Shown: positions 1 to 8,999 of the stretch, piece after piece
How positions within the stretch are numbered: the stretch's first letter is position 1
Layout: each line of letters opens with the position of its first letter
Virus record (IMG/VR): IMGVR_UViG_3300047564_004575
Coordinates: 8,661 to 72,660 of that record
Direction: 5' to 3' (one strand)
Source: a virus
Length of the DNA stretch: 64,000 bases
Notes under the pieces: generated by a model
Databases searched by the model: none
Seen by the model: only the letters and a program-made list of their open reading frames with translations
What the model was told of the DNA's origin: nothing
Made by a program: the position numbers and the translations under genes

Positions 1-1
1 A

Positions 2-49
2 GATAAAGATGGGATGCCAACTGATGCCTTTTTTGAATGGTGCGACTAA
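2..49 (+). CDS. 3' end of a CDS entering from the left edge (DKDGMPTDAFFEWCD*)
   Basis: Open frame ending TAA at 47-49; its last codons are duplicated from 984. Confidence 0.4.
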   Translation, partial: DKDGMPTDAFFEWCD

Positions 50-115
50 AGGCTAAATTAAATAAAACATCTTAAACCCTGTCATTTATTTGATGGGGTT
101 TTATGATAGGGATAG
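34..115 (+). repeat. Direct repeat copy 1 (~82 bp; copy 2 at 984-1066)
   Basis: TGAATGGTGCGAYTAAA..GGCTAAATTAAATAAAACATCTTAAACCC...GGGTTTTATGATAGGGATAG occurs twice, flanking ORF 172-972. Confidence 0.9.
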
Positions 116-117
116 AA

Positions 118-171
118 GTGCCCCCAGCGCAAACTGGAGGACTTTAACACTAAGCCTATTAAGGAGGCAAA
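118..171 (+). promoter_or_regulatory. Conserved structured 5' leader of antirepressor-like genes
   Basis: CCCCCAG-loop-CTGGAGG hairpin, then GCCT..AGGAGGC hairpin over the RBS; homologous to leaders at 8811-8868 and 23599-23654. Confidence 0.7.
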
Positions 172-972
172 ATGTCTAAAGCTATTGTAAGTTGCGATAT
201 CCGTTCATTGATTGACCAATGGATGCAAGCTGAGCAGGACGGGGAACAGTTCCCAGTGCCATTGCATGATTACTGGATGATTTCCGGTCATAACAAAAAA
301 CAAGATGCCATTTTATTGCTGGAATCCATACTAGATAAGGGTTCTGATTATTTACGGTCAACCGTAAAAAATGGAAAACGAGGTCGTCCCACTTATACTT
401 ACTTTGTTACCTGCGATGCCTTGAAGCATTGGGCGTTAGCAAGTCAAACGGAGGAAGGTCGCTTAATCCGTCAATACTTTATTGAGTCGGAAAAGAAATG
501 GAAGCTAGTTGAAAAGGTCGATCCAGTCTTTGCCCAGCAAATTGAGATAATGAAGTTACAAGCTGAAATATCACGAAATAATCGCATTATCAGCGACAAT
601 CAGCGATACCTAACGGACAAGCATGACCTGATTCGAGAATTACATGGTTCTCAGATGTTAGCACTGATCCAAGGTCGTCCTGATGCGGTTGTAGAGAAAA
701 TCGAAAAGGTTACTGAGACTGTTATTTGCCGCGATGGTCGTAACGTGTCCTTTGTCGGTAAATCAACGGCTGAGCTAGGCAAAGAACTAGGATTCAAGAC
801 AGGCAAAGAATTAGAGCGTTGGCTAACCCAACACAAACGCCAAGACCTAATCTGCGAGGGTTTACGTGCTGTGCAAGCTCCCTATATTCCCTCGGAGCAC
901 ATCCAAGAAGTTAAGCGGTTATGGTCACAGACTCGCAAGACTAACGGAACTCAGTTAATGCTAGGCGAATAA
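172..972 (+). CDS. Antirepressor-like protein (AntA/AntB-type N-terminus)
   Basis: FPV..W..G..K; TCDALKH..ASQTEEGRLIRQYFIESEK motif; AGGAGG RBS. Confidence 0.65.
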   Translation: MSKAIVSCDIRSLIDQWMQAEQDGEQFPVPLHDYWMISGHNKKQDAILLLESILDKGSDYLRSTVKNGKRGRPTYTYFVTCDALKHWALASQTEEGRLIRQYFIESEKKWKLVEKVDPVFAQQIEIMKLQAEISRNNRIISDNQRYLTDKHDLIRELHGSQMLALIQGRPDAVVEKIEKVTETVICRDGRNVSFVGKSTAELGKELGFKTGKELERWLTQHKRQDLICEGLRAVQAPYIPSEHIQEVKRLWSQTRKTNGTQLMLGE

Positions 973-983
973 ATCTATCACCC

Positions 984-1066
984 TGAATGGTGCGATTAAA
1001 AGGCTAAATTAAATAAAACATCTTAAACCCCATCAAACGAATGACAGGGTTTTATGATAGGGATAG
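984..1066 (+). repeat. Direct repeat copy 2, central hairpin segment inverted relative to copy 1
   Basis: 1025-1052 is the reverse complement (2 mismatches) of 74-101. Confidence 0.9.
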
Positions 1067-1121
1067 CCGGTCGCGGATCGCAGTCCCACCGGATGTAACT
1101 TTACCCTTGGAGTAAGTCACC

Positions 1122-1895
1122 ATGACTTCTAATTTAATTTCGTTCAAATACAACGGTCAATCTATCCATAAACGCGAGGATGGATACATCAACTTAACCC
1201 AGATGTGCCAAGTCAATGGCAAGCGGTTAGACGTATTCATGAAAGCGATTAAAACCAAAGAATATATCGCGGCTTTGGCTAACTCACACCAAACGGTGGT
1301 AGTTGACCCGGAGCAAGGTATTAATGGGGGAACGTGGGGGCATCCCAGCTTAGCTATCAATCTAGCCCGTTGGATTAGTGCAGAGTTTGCGGTGTGGTGT
1401 GATGCTCACATTTTCAATCTAATGGAGTCAGGGCAAACTAGCCTAGACATTGACCCCATGGAAGAGATGCGGCTCAAGATTGAGTTGACCCGATTAGAGA
1501 ATCAAAAAGTACAGGCTGAATTGTCTTTAATCCAGTTTCGACATACGGTGGTCACTATCTGCCCTGAAGCTGTACAGCAAAAAATCTTAGGCTACTCCAC
1601 AATCAAGGAAATCGAATACCGCGATCGCATCATTAAAGACGATGACATTGTGAACGATGGCGGTACAGTGACCAAAGCTGAATTATGCAAGCGTTACGAC
1701 ATTGTTACCCGCAAAGGTAGCCCCGACTATAAACGGCTTAATTCTGTCATCGAAGATTCTGGGCTATTAGACAAGCCGGAAGCCTGGCAGATGTCAATGT
1801 ATATCCAAGAGAATCAACAGCTTAAACGGGATTATGTAGGGGAGCTAGACCGATACTTTGAACGGATGCCCCGCCCTCGCTACATCGTCGAATAA
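1122..1895 (+). CDS. KilA-N domain DNA-binding/antirepressor protein
   Basis: REDGYINLTQMCQ..GK, GTWGHPSLAINLARWISAEFAVW are KilA-N signatures. Confidence 0.85.
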   Translation: MTSNLISFKYNGQSIHKREDGYINLTQMCQVNGKRLDVFMKAIKTKEYIAALANSHQTVVVDPEQGINGGTWGHPSLAINLARWISAEFAVWCDAHIFNLMESGQTSLDIDPMEEMRLKIELTRLENQKVQAELSLIQFRHTVVTICPEAVQQKILGYSTIKEIEYRDRIIKDDDIVNDGGTVTKAELCKRYDIVTRKGSPDYKRLNSVIEDSGLLDKPEAWQMSMYIQENQQLKRDYVGELDRYFERMPRPRYIVE

Positions 1896-1945
1896 ATCAT
1901 CAAACATCTGTAATCAAATCAATCACCCGTCCTCAGTGGCGGGTT

Positions 1946-2446
1946 TCAAATAACACCACCACAATGGGGACAAACATTATCGTTATCGTCCCCATTTTCT
2001 TCTATATCTTCCCCGTCAATACTTTCCAAGTCATCATCACCATCACCCACGCCTAACAAACTTTCTAATTCTCCATCATCAAAACCTAAATTCAATAAAT
2101 CAAAGCCACCGACATCTAAAGCCTCTAATTCTTGGGCTAAAAGTTCCATATCCCAATCAGTCTCAGCTAGTTTATTGTCAGCGATTCTAGCCGCTTTAAC
2201 CTGTTGAGGTGTTAAATCATCACGGACAATAACAGGCACTGTTTTTAAGCCCATTTGCAAAGCTGCCAGTCGTCTACCATGCCCTTTAATAATGACCATG
2301 TTTTTATCAACCACAATCGGCTGATCAAAGCCCTCGCTAATCTGTTTAACCAATAGGTCAATCTGAGATTGTGGATGGCTTTTGGCGTTACTTTTGTAGG
2401 GTTTGATTTCGTCAATTGGTAGCGTTTTAATTTGGTGATAGTCCAT
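1946..2446 (-). CDS. ParB/Srx-like N-terminal domain protein
   Basis: IKPYKSNAKSH, GFDQPIVVD, GHGRRLAA, RIADNKLAE; C-terminal CPHCG. Confidence 0.85.
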   Translation of the reverse strand: MDYHQIKTLPIDEIKPYKSNAKSHPQSQIDLLVKQISEGFDQPIVVDKNMVIIKGHGRRLAALQMGLKTVPVIVRDDLTPQQVKAARIADNKLAETDWDMELLAQELEALDVGGFDLLNLGFDDGELESLLGVGDGDDDLESIDGEDIEENGDDNDNVCPHCGGVI

Positions 2447-2485
2447 TCCTAAGATATCGATAATGTTGTTATTGCTATCTTAATC

Positions 2486-2686
2486 ATGACTAATTCATTA
2501 CAAAAGTGTCCGGTCTGTGGTGTGTTAATTGAGGACGGTTCTAAGGTTATTTTCAGTTATGGACCATCAGGTACAAGGGCGCGATTATGGGCAAGGGTTT
2601 GTCAGTTTGCAAAGGATAAAGAGAATTGCATTAATCAAGACGACTCTAAAATAGGTGATGTAATTGACAGTGATTATTACAACTGA
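2486..2686 (+). CDS. Small Cys-containing hypothetical protein
   Basis: CPVCG...RVCQ...CIN; TGATG coupling to thyX. Confidence 0.6.
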   Translation: MTNSLQKCPVCGVLIEDGSKVIFSYGPSGTRARLWARVCQFAKDKENCINQDDSKIGDVIDSDYYN

Positions 2687-3297
2687 TGCAAGTTAAATTA
2701 ATAAATGCCACCCCTAAAGGTGAGCAATTAATCGCCTATTGTGCCCGTGTTTCTAGCCCTAATCAAGATAATCCTGAATATGAAGGATTACTGCGTTACT
2801 GCGTAAAACATGGGCATTGGTCAGTATTTGAAATGGCAGATATGACCGTAGAGATTATCACCAGTCGGGCGATCGCCGCTCAGATTCTACGCCATAAATC
2901 CTTCTCGTTTCAAGAACTGTCCCAAAGATATTCAGCCGTAACAGAATTTGAAACCATTGAAGCCCGTCGCCAAGACACAAAGAACCGACAAAACTCTATC
3001 GATGATTTAAGTGAACAGGATAAAGCCTGGTTTTTATCTGCACAGTCCAGAGTGATTAATGAAGCTAACAACGTCTATCGGGATGCCCTAGACCGTGGCA
3101 TTGCTAAAGAGTGCGCTCGGATGGTTTTACCACTACTCACCCAGACCCGTCTCTATATGAAGGGGTCTGTACGGTCATGGATTCATTATCTAGCTGTACG
3201 GGACTCCCCCGATACCCAGCTAGAACATCGTCTAGTCGCCCAAGCCGCTAAGCAAATATTCTGTGAACAATTCCCCGTTGTAGGCTTACTAATTTAG
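2686..3297 (+). CDS. thyX: FAD-dependent thymidylate synthase
   Basis: [24 protein letters not shown] (RHRx7S-type motif), [15 protein letters not shown]. Confidence 0.95.
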   Translation: MQVKLINATPKGEQLIAYCARVSSPNQDNPEYEGLLRYCVKHGHWSVFEMADMTVEIITSRAIAAQILRHKSFSFQELSQRYSAVTEFETIEARRQDTKNRQNSIDDLSEQDKAWFLSAQSRVINEANNVYRDALDRGIAKECARMVLPLLTQTRLYMKGSVRSWIHYLAVRDSPDTQLEHRLVAQAAKQIFCEQFPVVGLLI

Positions 3298-3300
3298 AAA

Positions 3301-3370
3301 TTGCAGTCTCCTGGAGTTTCTAAAGTATATGCAACACTTTTTGAAAGCCTTATGCCGTAAGGGTTTGAGG
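3301..3370 (-). repeat. Dispersed 70-bp repeat, copy A
   Basis: Reverse complement reads CCTCAAACCCTTACGGCATAAGGCTTTCAAAAAGTGTTGCATATACTTTAGAAACTCCAGGAGACTGCAA. Confidence 0.9.
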
Positions 3371-3387
3371 CTTTTTTGGTTTTGGTG

Positions 3388-3445
3388 TTGACAGGTCACG
3401 AAATAGAGTGCTAAGCTGTATATTAGTTAAGCAAACAAGCAAGGT
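3388..3445 (+). promoter_or_regulatory. Conserved sigma70-type (early) promoter and leader
   Basis: TTGACA-N18-TAAGCT with extended TG, then AGTTAAGCAAACAAGCA; near-identical copies at 40444-40500 and 54950-55008. Confidence 0.75.
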
Positions 3446-3454
3446 TTTTACCCC

Positions 3455-3910
3455 ATGTACAGCAATCACATTCAGGTTACGACTGGCTCTAAAAATTTAC
3501 TTCTCGCTGATTTCTGGGTACAGTCTGAACTGCCTATGTCCACTTCCGAACGTGCCCATGTAGTCAATCAGATGGGATGGGACAGCAACACGGTTCATCA
3601 CAAAACGTTAGAGGTTCTGCTGATTGACGGCGATCGCCCTGGGCACATGACTTTAATCGAAGCGACTATTCCCTTGCCTTCTTACAAACTGATTCAGTTG
3701 GATAACGGTGAAAAGTGTTGGCAAGATGAACGCTGGTATAACTGCGGTTTTGTTGATGCCCCATTGACCGAAGCGGAAGCCTATAACAAAGCCGTTGAGT
3801 GGGCTTTATTTGATGGGTTTGATGAATCTAGCGTGATTGGTCAAATCAAAGTCACGGTGCGCTATGTAGAGAAGTTTGCACTTGCTACCCATGCCGATGA
3901 CCCTTTCTAG
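3455..3910 (+). CDS. Hypothetical protein (early gene)
   Basis: 151-aa ORF directly downstream of the conserved promoter. Confidence 0.7.
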   Translation: MYSNHIQVTTGSKNLLLADFWVQSELPMSTSERAHVVNQMGWDSNTVHHKTLEVLLIDGDRPGHMTLIEATIPLPSYKLIQLDNGEKCWQDERWYNCGFVDAPLTEAEAYNKAVEWALFDGFDESSVIGQIKVTVRYVEKFALATHADDPF

Positions 3911-3989
3911 TCAAATGTTTATATCCCCTGCAAATATCAGGGGATTAATTTTATGATAGTGCTGTCAAGACTATCAATTATTTACTTTT

Positions 3990-4196
3990 ATGAAATTTGT
4001 ATCTACTTCCGATGCTCTAAACTTATTACCCTTTGACATCACTCGCCAATACCTTTACCACTTAATTAAGTCAGGAGAATTAAAGAGTGGGCATCATTAC
4101 ATTGACATTAGATCACCGGATAGTAAACGTCCTACTTATCGATTAAGCGTAGAAAGATTGTTAGAGTATTTCTCTATTGACCCCGCTAAAAGATGA
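3990..4196 (+). CDS. Excisionase/RDF-like winged-HTH protein
   Basis: Small basic protein, STSDALNLL..ITRQYLYHLIKSG..HY..RPTYRLSV pattern. Confidence 0.65.
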   Translation: MKFVSTSDALNLLPFDITRQYLYHLIKSGELKSGHHYIDIRSPDSKRPTYRLSVERLLEYFSIDPAKR

Positions 4197-4459
4197 ACAA
4201 ACTTTACTCTGTTCTAGAGCATAAGACCAACGGTGAACGGTCTTTAATTTTATGGGACTGTGAGATTATTCGGGATAATACCGCTTTACATTGTGGACTG
4301 GTTTGGATTGATAAATCGTCTAACTTTGAACGGGTAACGCTAGTGCCTCGAATGGAAGAAAGTCCGATTATTGTGATTGAATATCCCAAATCATTGAGAG
4401 GATTAGCAACAGGTCAGACTATAGCTGATGTAATTTTTAAGATAGAATCGATAACTTAA
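4193..4459 (+). CDS. Hypothetical protein
   Basis: ATGA overlap with upstream ORF. Confidence 0.6.
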   Translation: MNKLYSVLEHKTNGERSLILWDCEIIRDNTALHCGLVWIDKSSNFERVTLVPRMEESPIIVIEYPKSLRGLATGQTIADVIFKIESIT

Positions 4460-4471
4460 TTTGGTAAATTT

Positions 4472-5191
4472 ATGGGCGCTTGTGAACTCAAACCAATCGA
4501 ACAATTGGATAGCACTTTAATCAATTGGTTAAAGACTCGGTTAGCTAATAAAAAGATCCCTTTTGCATTATTTAACTTTGCAGAATCCCCAGATTGGTCT
4601 GATTGTGAAACGGTAACAGTTGCTGGTATTGATATCCCAAAATTGGGAGAATTGACCACCATTGAACGCATTATTCTGGACAACGTAGCCGACAATCAAC
4701 TGGAAGCTCAGACTCGTTTACAATTGACTTTACGGCAATTGGCAAAAGCTTTAGGTGAACGGTGGGAATTAGTTTGCGGGGAATTAGTATTTGATTCCGT
4801 AGAAGAAAAATCAGCGGTCAAAACTTTAAAAACATTGAAGCCGATTCAATTATCTGGTTATATTTTCCCTAGCGATACGGTTGAATACCGATTAGTTGCT
4901 GCGACTACTGCCTATCAAGAATTTCAGTCTGACTACCTCGAGGAAATTAGTCGGGCTTTAAATATTGCCATTGAGATGCAAGATGGTAGCTTTGCTAACT
5001 TGATGAAGATTGCTTTTTTCCTTGCTAGTCGATTAGGTTCCAAATGGTTGAATCCCACTAAATTACAACGGCTAACCGAATCCAAAGCTAAATCACTTTT
5101 GGAGTTTGTTTCTCTGGAAAGTAATGGTGGGGAAGAAATGCCAGAAGTAAAAGCGGCTAAAGGCGAGGAATCTGATACTGAGGGAAACTAA
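4472..5191 (+). CDS. Putative tail assembly chaperone (gpG-like) ending at a -1 slippery site
   Basis: Ends GAG GGA AAC TAA, containing G GGA AAC at 5182-5188. Confidence 0.65.
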   Translation: MGACELKPIEQLDSTLINWLKTRLANKKIPFALFNFAESPDWSDCETVTVAGIDIPKLGELTTIERIILDNVADNQLEAQTRLQLTLRQLAKALGERWELVCGELVFDSVEEKSAVKTLKTLKPIQLSGYIFPSDTVEYRLVAATTAYQEFQSDYLEEISRALNIAIEMQDGSFANLMKIAFFLASRLGSKWLNPTKLQRLTESKAKSLLEFVSLESNGGEEMPEVKAAKGEESDTEGN

Positions 5192-5577
5192 ACCCTTACC
5201 GCCAATACTGTGATGAGTTTTGGGAGATTAATCAACTATTCTCCCATGACCATCGATTTAGTTATCAAAATTACGGACATCAACCTAGATGGTTAATCAG
5301 ACAGGCTCTGAACTCAGTATGCGATCGCCGTAATCTAGACCAACAAAGTACCGTCAGATTAACCTATACCGTTATGGGAATGTTCGGGAAACCATCGATA
5401 GAAATACATGAGTTATTCCCTCACCCGTTGCATTGGCAGATTAAACATAATCCAAACCGTATGCCAATCAGTAAACGGACTGCTCAAATCGTTCTGGCAA
5501 CGATGGGCGATTACCCTGAGTGTCGAGCGATGCTCACCCAAATTATGACTGACATTCACGCTGCAATTATTAGTTAG
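5182..5577 (+). CDS. -1 frameshift extension (gpGT-like), includes ORF 5374-5577
   Basis: -1 frame has no stop from 5182 (GKLNPYRQYCDEFWEINQLFSHDHRFSYQNYG...) to 5577. Confidence 0.7.
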   Translation, partial: GKLNPYRQYCDEFWEINQLFSHDHRFSYQNYGHQPRWLIRQALNSVCDRRNLDQQSTVRLTYTVMGMFGKPSIEIHELFPHPLHWQIKHNPNRMPISKRTAQIVLATMGDYPECRAMLTQIMTDIHAAIIS

Positions 5578-5586
5578 GAGTTAATT

Positions 5587-5766
5587 ATGCAAACTGACAT
5601 TACGGTTAAACTTAAAAAAGTAGGTGGCGTAGTCCGTCATTCAACGGTCACAATCAACGGTGAAGAAGTTGCCTGTCGTTATGTGTCAACAAATGACAAC
5701 GATGGAATTTGTTCTATTGATTTAACACTGTATCCATCATCGTTAAGTGTTGAAACTATTGAGTAA
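5587..5766 (+). CDS. Small hypothetical protein (59 aa, below the ORF track cut-off)
   Basis: TAGGAG RBS at 5575-5580; MQTDITVKLKKVGGVVRHS...ETIE*. Confidence 0.65.
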   Translation: MQTDITVKLKKVGGVVRHSTVTINGEEVACRYVSTNDNDGICSIDLTLYPSSLSVETIE

Positions 5767-5801
5767 ATACCAAACCAAATCAAATTACAGGGCATAAGCT
5801 A

Positions 5802-6008
5802 ATGGCACACGTTTACTTTAAAGAACCATATTCGACTGTAACTGTGGGGAAACTAATAGAACACCTAAAGCAGTTCGACCCATCTAAACAAGTCACAATT
5901 GAGGCGTTTGAATCAGGAGAATATGAGGTAAAAGCCATCTATGACTATTCCCATGCCCCTGATACAAACGGAGATAACAAAAGAATAGTTATATCGTGTG
6001 ATTTTTAA
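5802..6008 (+). CDS. Hypothetical phage protein
   Basis: TVGKLIEHLKQFDPSKQV resembles a common small phage protein motif. Confidence 0.6.
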   Translation: MAHVYFKEPYSTVTVGKLIEHLKQFDPSKQVTIEAFESGEYEVKAIYDYSHAPDTNGDNKRIVISCDF

Positions 6009-6346
6009 TTACTTATCAGCGACTTAACCATGTTAATCGCCTCATCACCCGAATAACAAACCGCTACTTTATACCCAGCTTTCTCTAGCCTGGGTATTAT
6101 TTTTTTCTGTTTATCCGACAGAACTCCCCTTGCTGCCTTCATTTCGACGTACAGCCTAAGCTCAGGGATAAACAAGTCAGGAACGCCGGCTAAAGCCCCT
6201 TCTGCCCTTAATTTATTCCACTGCTTAACCCGTTGTAGTTGACTCCCTGCTAGGTTAGCTCCGTTGGGTATGGAGTGAATTAACAGGTCAGGATGGTTAA
6301 CCCTGACCCATGTAACAAATTTTACTTGCTCCTGATGTTCTGTCAT
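6005..6346 (-). CDS. VRR-NUC (PD-D/ExK) nuclease
   Basis: HSIPNG, GALAGVPDL, YVEMKA..G.LSDKQK, GYKVAVC. Confidence 0.9.
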   Translation of the reverse strand: MTEHQEQVKFVTWVRVNHPDLLIHSIPNGANLAGSQLQRVKQWNKLRAEGALAGVPDLFIPELRLYVEMKAARGVLSDKQKKIIPRLEKAGYKVAVCYSGDEAINMVKSLISN

Positions 6347-6350
6347 TGCA

Positions 6351-6604
6351 TTAAGCCAATTTTAAGCCAATGCTATTTTAAGAATCACCAAAAGCCTTGC
6401 CGCTAGCGGGTTTTATCAATTAACCCATATTCCCAGACAAAACCTGCCTCATTGTAATCCATAAAATACTCAATCCTTTATACAGTAAGGGCTATGGAAG
6501 TTCTATACAAAATATAGGACTTCTCCCATAGCCCTCAAACGCCTATTTTTGGTAATGGTTTGATATGGTTAGAATTGATTTTTAAGCCAATTTTAAGCCA
6601 ATGC
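6351..6604. other. Candidate attP with integrase arm-type repeats
   Basis: Identical 23-mers TTAAGCCAATTTTAAGCCAATGC at 6351-6373 and 6582-6604; inverted repeat at ~6489-6534; adjacent to the integrase. Confidence 0.6.
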
Positions 6605-7704
6605 CTAGTGACGTTGATGGTAAGCTAAATCATGCTAACAGCCTATTAAAAGCGGGTAAGGTAGGCGTTCGGATAGTGGCAAGGGGCGATCGCCTAGCAT
6701 TGGTAGCAACGTTACCACCTAAGCCAGAATCGACTAAACCGTATCCCCATCAACAGCGTATCGCGTTAGGCTACCGACTTAATTACGCTGGTATTGATAA
6801 AGCCGTGAGGGATGCGAGAGTTTTATCGGCAAAATTAATCGAGGGTAATTTTAATTGGTCAGATTATATTGAAGGCAAAAAGACCATTGAGACGTTTGAT
6901 GATGCCATTGATAAATTCAAAGATGACTATATAACTAAGCGGTTATCATTGGGGCATGATGCGTTGAAAATCAATCAAACTTTAAGCGGTAACTTTCTAA
7001 AGTACCTGGACAGACTTGATAAAGATAAGCCATTCAATGTTGACAAATTAGCTTCTGAGCTGACTAAAATGCCCCATAATGCCACACGTAGAGCGATGGC
7101 GTTAGCATACTCAAACTTGGCTGATTGCGTTGGTGTAGAACATGATTTAAGGTCATTGAAGGGAGGTTATAGTTACAAGTCAGTTAACCCAAAAGACATC
7201 CCAGATGATGACACTATCGCCAAGGTTTACCAAGCAATAAACAGTAGAAAACTCAAGACTGTTTATGGCTTGATGGCAGTCTATGGGTTAAGAAACTATG
7301 AAGTATTCAGATTAGATTTGTCCGACTTTCCCGTTATATTTGTCAACAAAGGCAAGACTAAAGAAGAGAGATTGGTCTATCCTTTGTACCCTGAATGGGT
7401 TGATTGGTTGACCGATATGGTAATGCCTAATGTTAATTTAGAGCGTCCCAACGTCAGCTTAGGTAATGACGTAGCCCATTTATTTTATCGAGGCAATATT
7501 GCATTTAGTCCTTATTGTTTACGCCATGCTTGGGCTAGACGGTCTATGGAGTTTGGATGGGATTTAACGTTGGCAGCAAAGCAAATGGGACATACCGTAA
7601 AAGTTCATAGCGACGTTTACCATGCTTGGCTTAGTCAAGATGTTTACGACAAAGCCTACCAACAAATCCTAGATAATCCTAATCGACCTAAGCCACCTTT
7701 ATGA
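6601..7704 (+). CDS. int: Tyrosine integrase, cyanobacterial XisA/XisC-like
   Basis: N-terminal RLALVATLPPKP...HQQRIALG; catalytic GLRNYE, KGKT, LRHAWARR, MGH, Y. Confidence 0.92.
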   Translation: MPSDVDGKLNHANSLLKAGKVGVRIVARGDRLALVATLPPKPESTKPYPHQQRIALGYRLNYAGIDKAVRDARVLSAKLIEGNFNWSDYIEGKKTIETFDDAIDKFKDDYITKRLSLGHDALKINQTLSGNFLKYLDRLDKDKPFNVDKLASELTKMPHNATRRAMALAYSNLADCVGVEHDLRSLKGGYSYKSVNPKDIPDDDTIAKVYQAINSRKLKTVYGLMAVYGLRNYEVFRLDLSDFPVIFVNKGKTKEERLVYPLYPEWVDWLTDMVMPNVNLERPNVSLGNDVAHLFYRGNIAFSPYCLRHAWARRSMEFGWDLTLAAKQMGHTVKVHSDVYHAWLSQDVYDKAYQQILDNPNRPKPPL

Positions 7705-7712
7705 TAGGAATA

Positions 7713-7852
7713 TCAGCGTTAGTTTAATTGGTCAAAATGTAGCTATGGTATGCTACTAATCAGTTAAATAGTTTTTGTAAGCTAGCTACAAATAGATTTA
7801 ATTGGTTAATCTCAACCCGGGATGGAGTATAGGTTCGAATCCTATACGCTGA
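7713..7852 (+). ncRNA. Enlarged tRNA-like RNA (non-canonical)
   Basis: Acceptor TCAGCGT/ACGCTGA, D arm GTTT-AATTGGTCA-AAAT, T arm ATAGG-TTCGAAT-CCTAT; about 90-nt multi-hairpin insert replaces a normal anticodon arm. Confidence 0.65.
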
Positions 7853-7930
7853 TAAAGGGATGCAAACGCCTTGCCTAAAAAGCTAAACGGATAGACTACG
7901 GTTGAAATAACCGGGCTGGATTGGTAACCA

Positions 7931-7970
7931 GTAATAAACCCCACAGATATTACCCTGTGGGGTTTATTAC
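7931..7970. terminator. Bidirectional intrinsic terminator
   Basis: Perfect 16-bp stem GTAATAAACCCCACAG/CTGTGGGGTTTATTAC between convergent units. Confidence 0.8.
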
Positions 7971-7994
7971 TTTTCGGTGCAATAGATTGGTCAA

Positions 7995-8810
7995 TTATTC
8001 ACCTAATAAGCGTTGCCGGTCTTTCCCGTAGACAATGTTAATTGCTTCATCTAATTTATCGGGGGCGATATATTCTGAGACAGTAGCGCGACGTACTGGA
8101 ATCAATAAATCATCTCGCCCTTCCTTGCGTAATGTATCAGAGAATTGCTTGAGAGATTTTAACTTTTGCCCCGTACGCTCAAATACTGCCCGTTTTAATT
8201 GGTCAGCACTCAGAAACTTAGTAGACTTGCCAGTGTCAACCTCAATAACTTCAGTGACTACGGTTTCTTTTTCAACGATGATATCCTGACAACCTCGCAG
8301 GGCTAAGACAACGCGATCGCCGTGTAATTGAAGCATCGTATTGTCTAATTGCTTGCCTAAGTTCTTTTCCCGTTCTAGCTCTAAGCGTAGACGTAACAGT
8401 TCATTTTCTTGGCTTAGGGCAGGAATGACCGTCTCAGCTTCACGTGTCTTAACAGCAAAGTAATGTTTAGCCATCTTGACCGCATCATTGCCACGACTAT
8501 CGCAGCAAAGTGCAATGTGATAACAGGCTAGTCGGGATAAATCGTAATCCAACATATCAACCCCGCCACCTTGAGGGCGTTTAACCATCTTACCCGACGG
8601 GGTAATGTGGCTAGATACGCAATCCACAATGGTTTCAAGGTTTTCTTGGGCAATCTCGATTACACATTTAAACTTCTGCCATTTGGCATAATTCAGGACG
8701 AATTGCAAGTCACGGGCAGACCAAAACTCGTTACCCTGTGCATCCAACTGGCGGATGACATCGAAGGGACTGGCTTGGTATTGCGTTTCTACCGTTGCTA
8801 AATTAGTCAT
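7995..8810 (-). CDS. BRO/DinD-like antirepressor protein
   Basis: SPFDVIRQ..GNEFWSARDLQ..L.Y.KWQKF, DY.LSRLACY.IA, AKHYFAVKTREAE. Confidence 0.75.
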   Translation of the reverse strand: MTNLATVETQYQASPFDVIRQLDAQGNEFWSARDLQFVLNYAKWQKFKCVIEIAQENLETIVDCVSSHITPSGKMVKRPQGGGVDMLDYDLSRLACYHIALCCDSRGNDAVKMAKHYFAVKTREAETVIPALSQENELLRLRLELEREKNLGKQLDNTMLQLHGDRVVLALRGCQDIIVEKETVVTEVIEVDTGKSTKFLSADQLKRAVFERTGQKLKSLKQFSDTLRKEGRDDLLIPVRRATVSEYIAPDKLDEAINIVYGKDRQRLLGE

Positions 8811-8868
8811 AAGACTTTGCCTCCTGTTAAGGCGATAGTCAAAATCCTCCAGTTCACCGCTGGGGGTA
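8811..8868 (-). promoter_or_regulatory. Conserved structured 5' leader (copy 2)
   Basis: CCCCCAGCGGTGAACTGGAGG, then GCCTTAACAGGAGGC; TAAGATAG upstream. Confidence 0.7.
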
Positions 8869-8999
8869 TTTTATTTACACCACTATCTTAATAAACGTTT
8901 GAGTTGTTGACATACATCCTTGGCTGTGTGCTTTTCACCCTCGTCATTCCCCATCTCAACACAGTATTTTTACCTTTAACCCTGCCCACCCCAGACAAA

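Noticed and set aside
6404-6463. Minus-strand mini-ORF MDYNEAGFVWEYG... as a host gene fragment (purM-like start) marking the att core
   Set aside because: The similarity covers only about 7 residues and cannot be supported without a search.
7713-7852. Functional tRNA-Pro(TGG) or tmRNA
   Set aside because: No 5-bp/7-nt anticodon arm in the right geometry, no CCA, no G3-U70 Ala identity or tag ORF. Kept only as a tRNA-like RNA.
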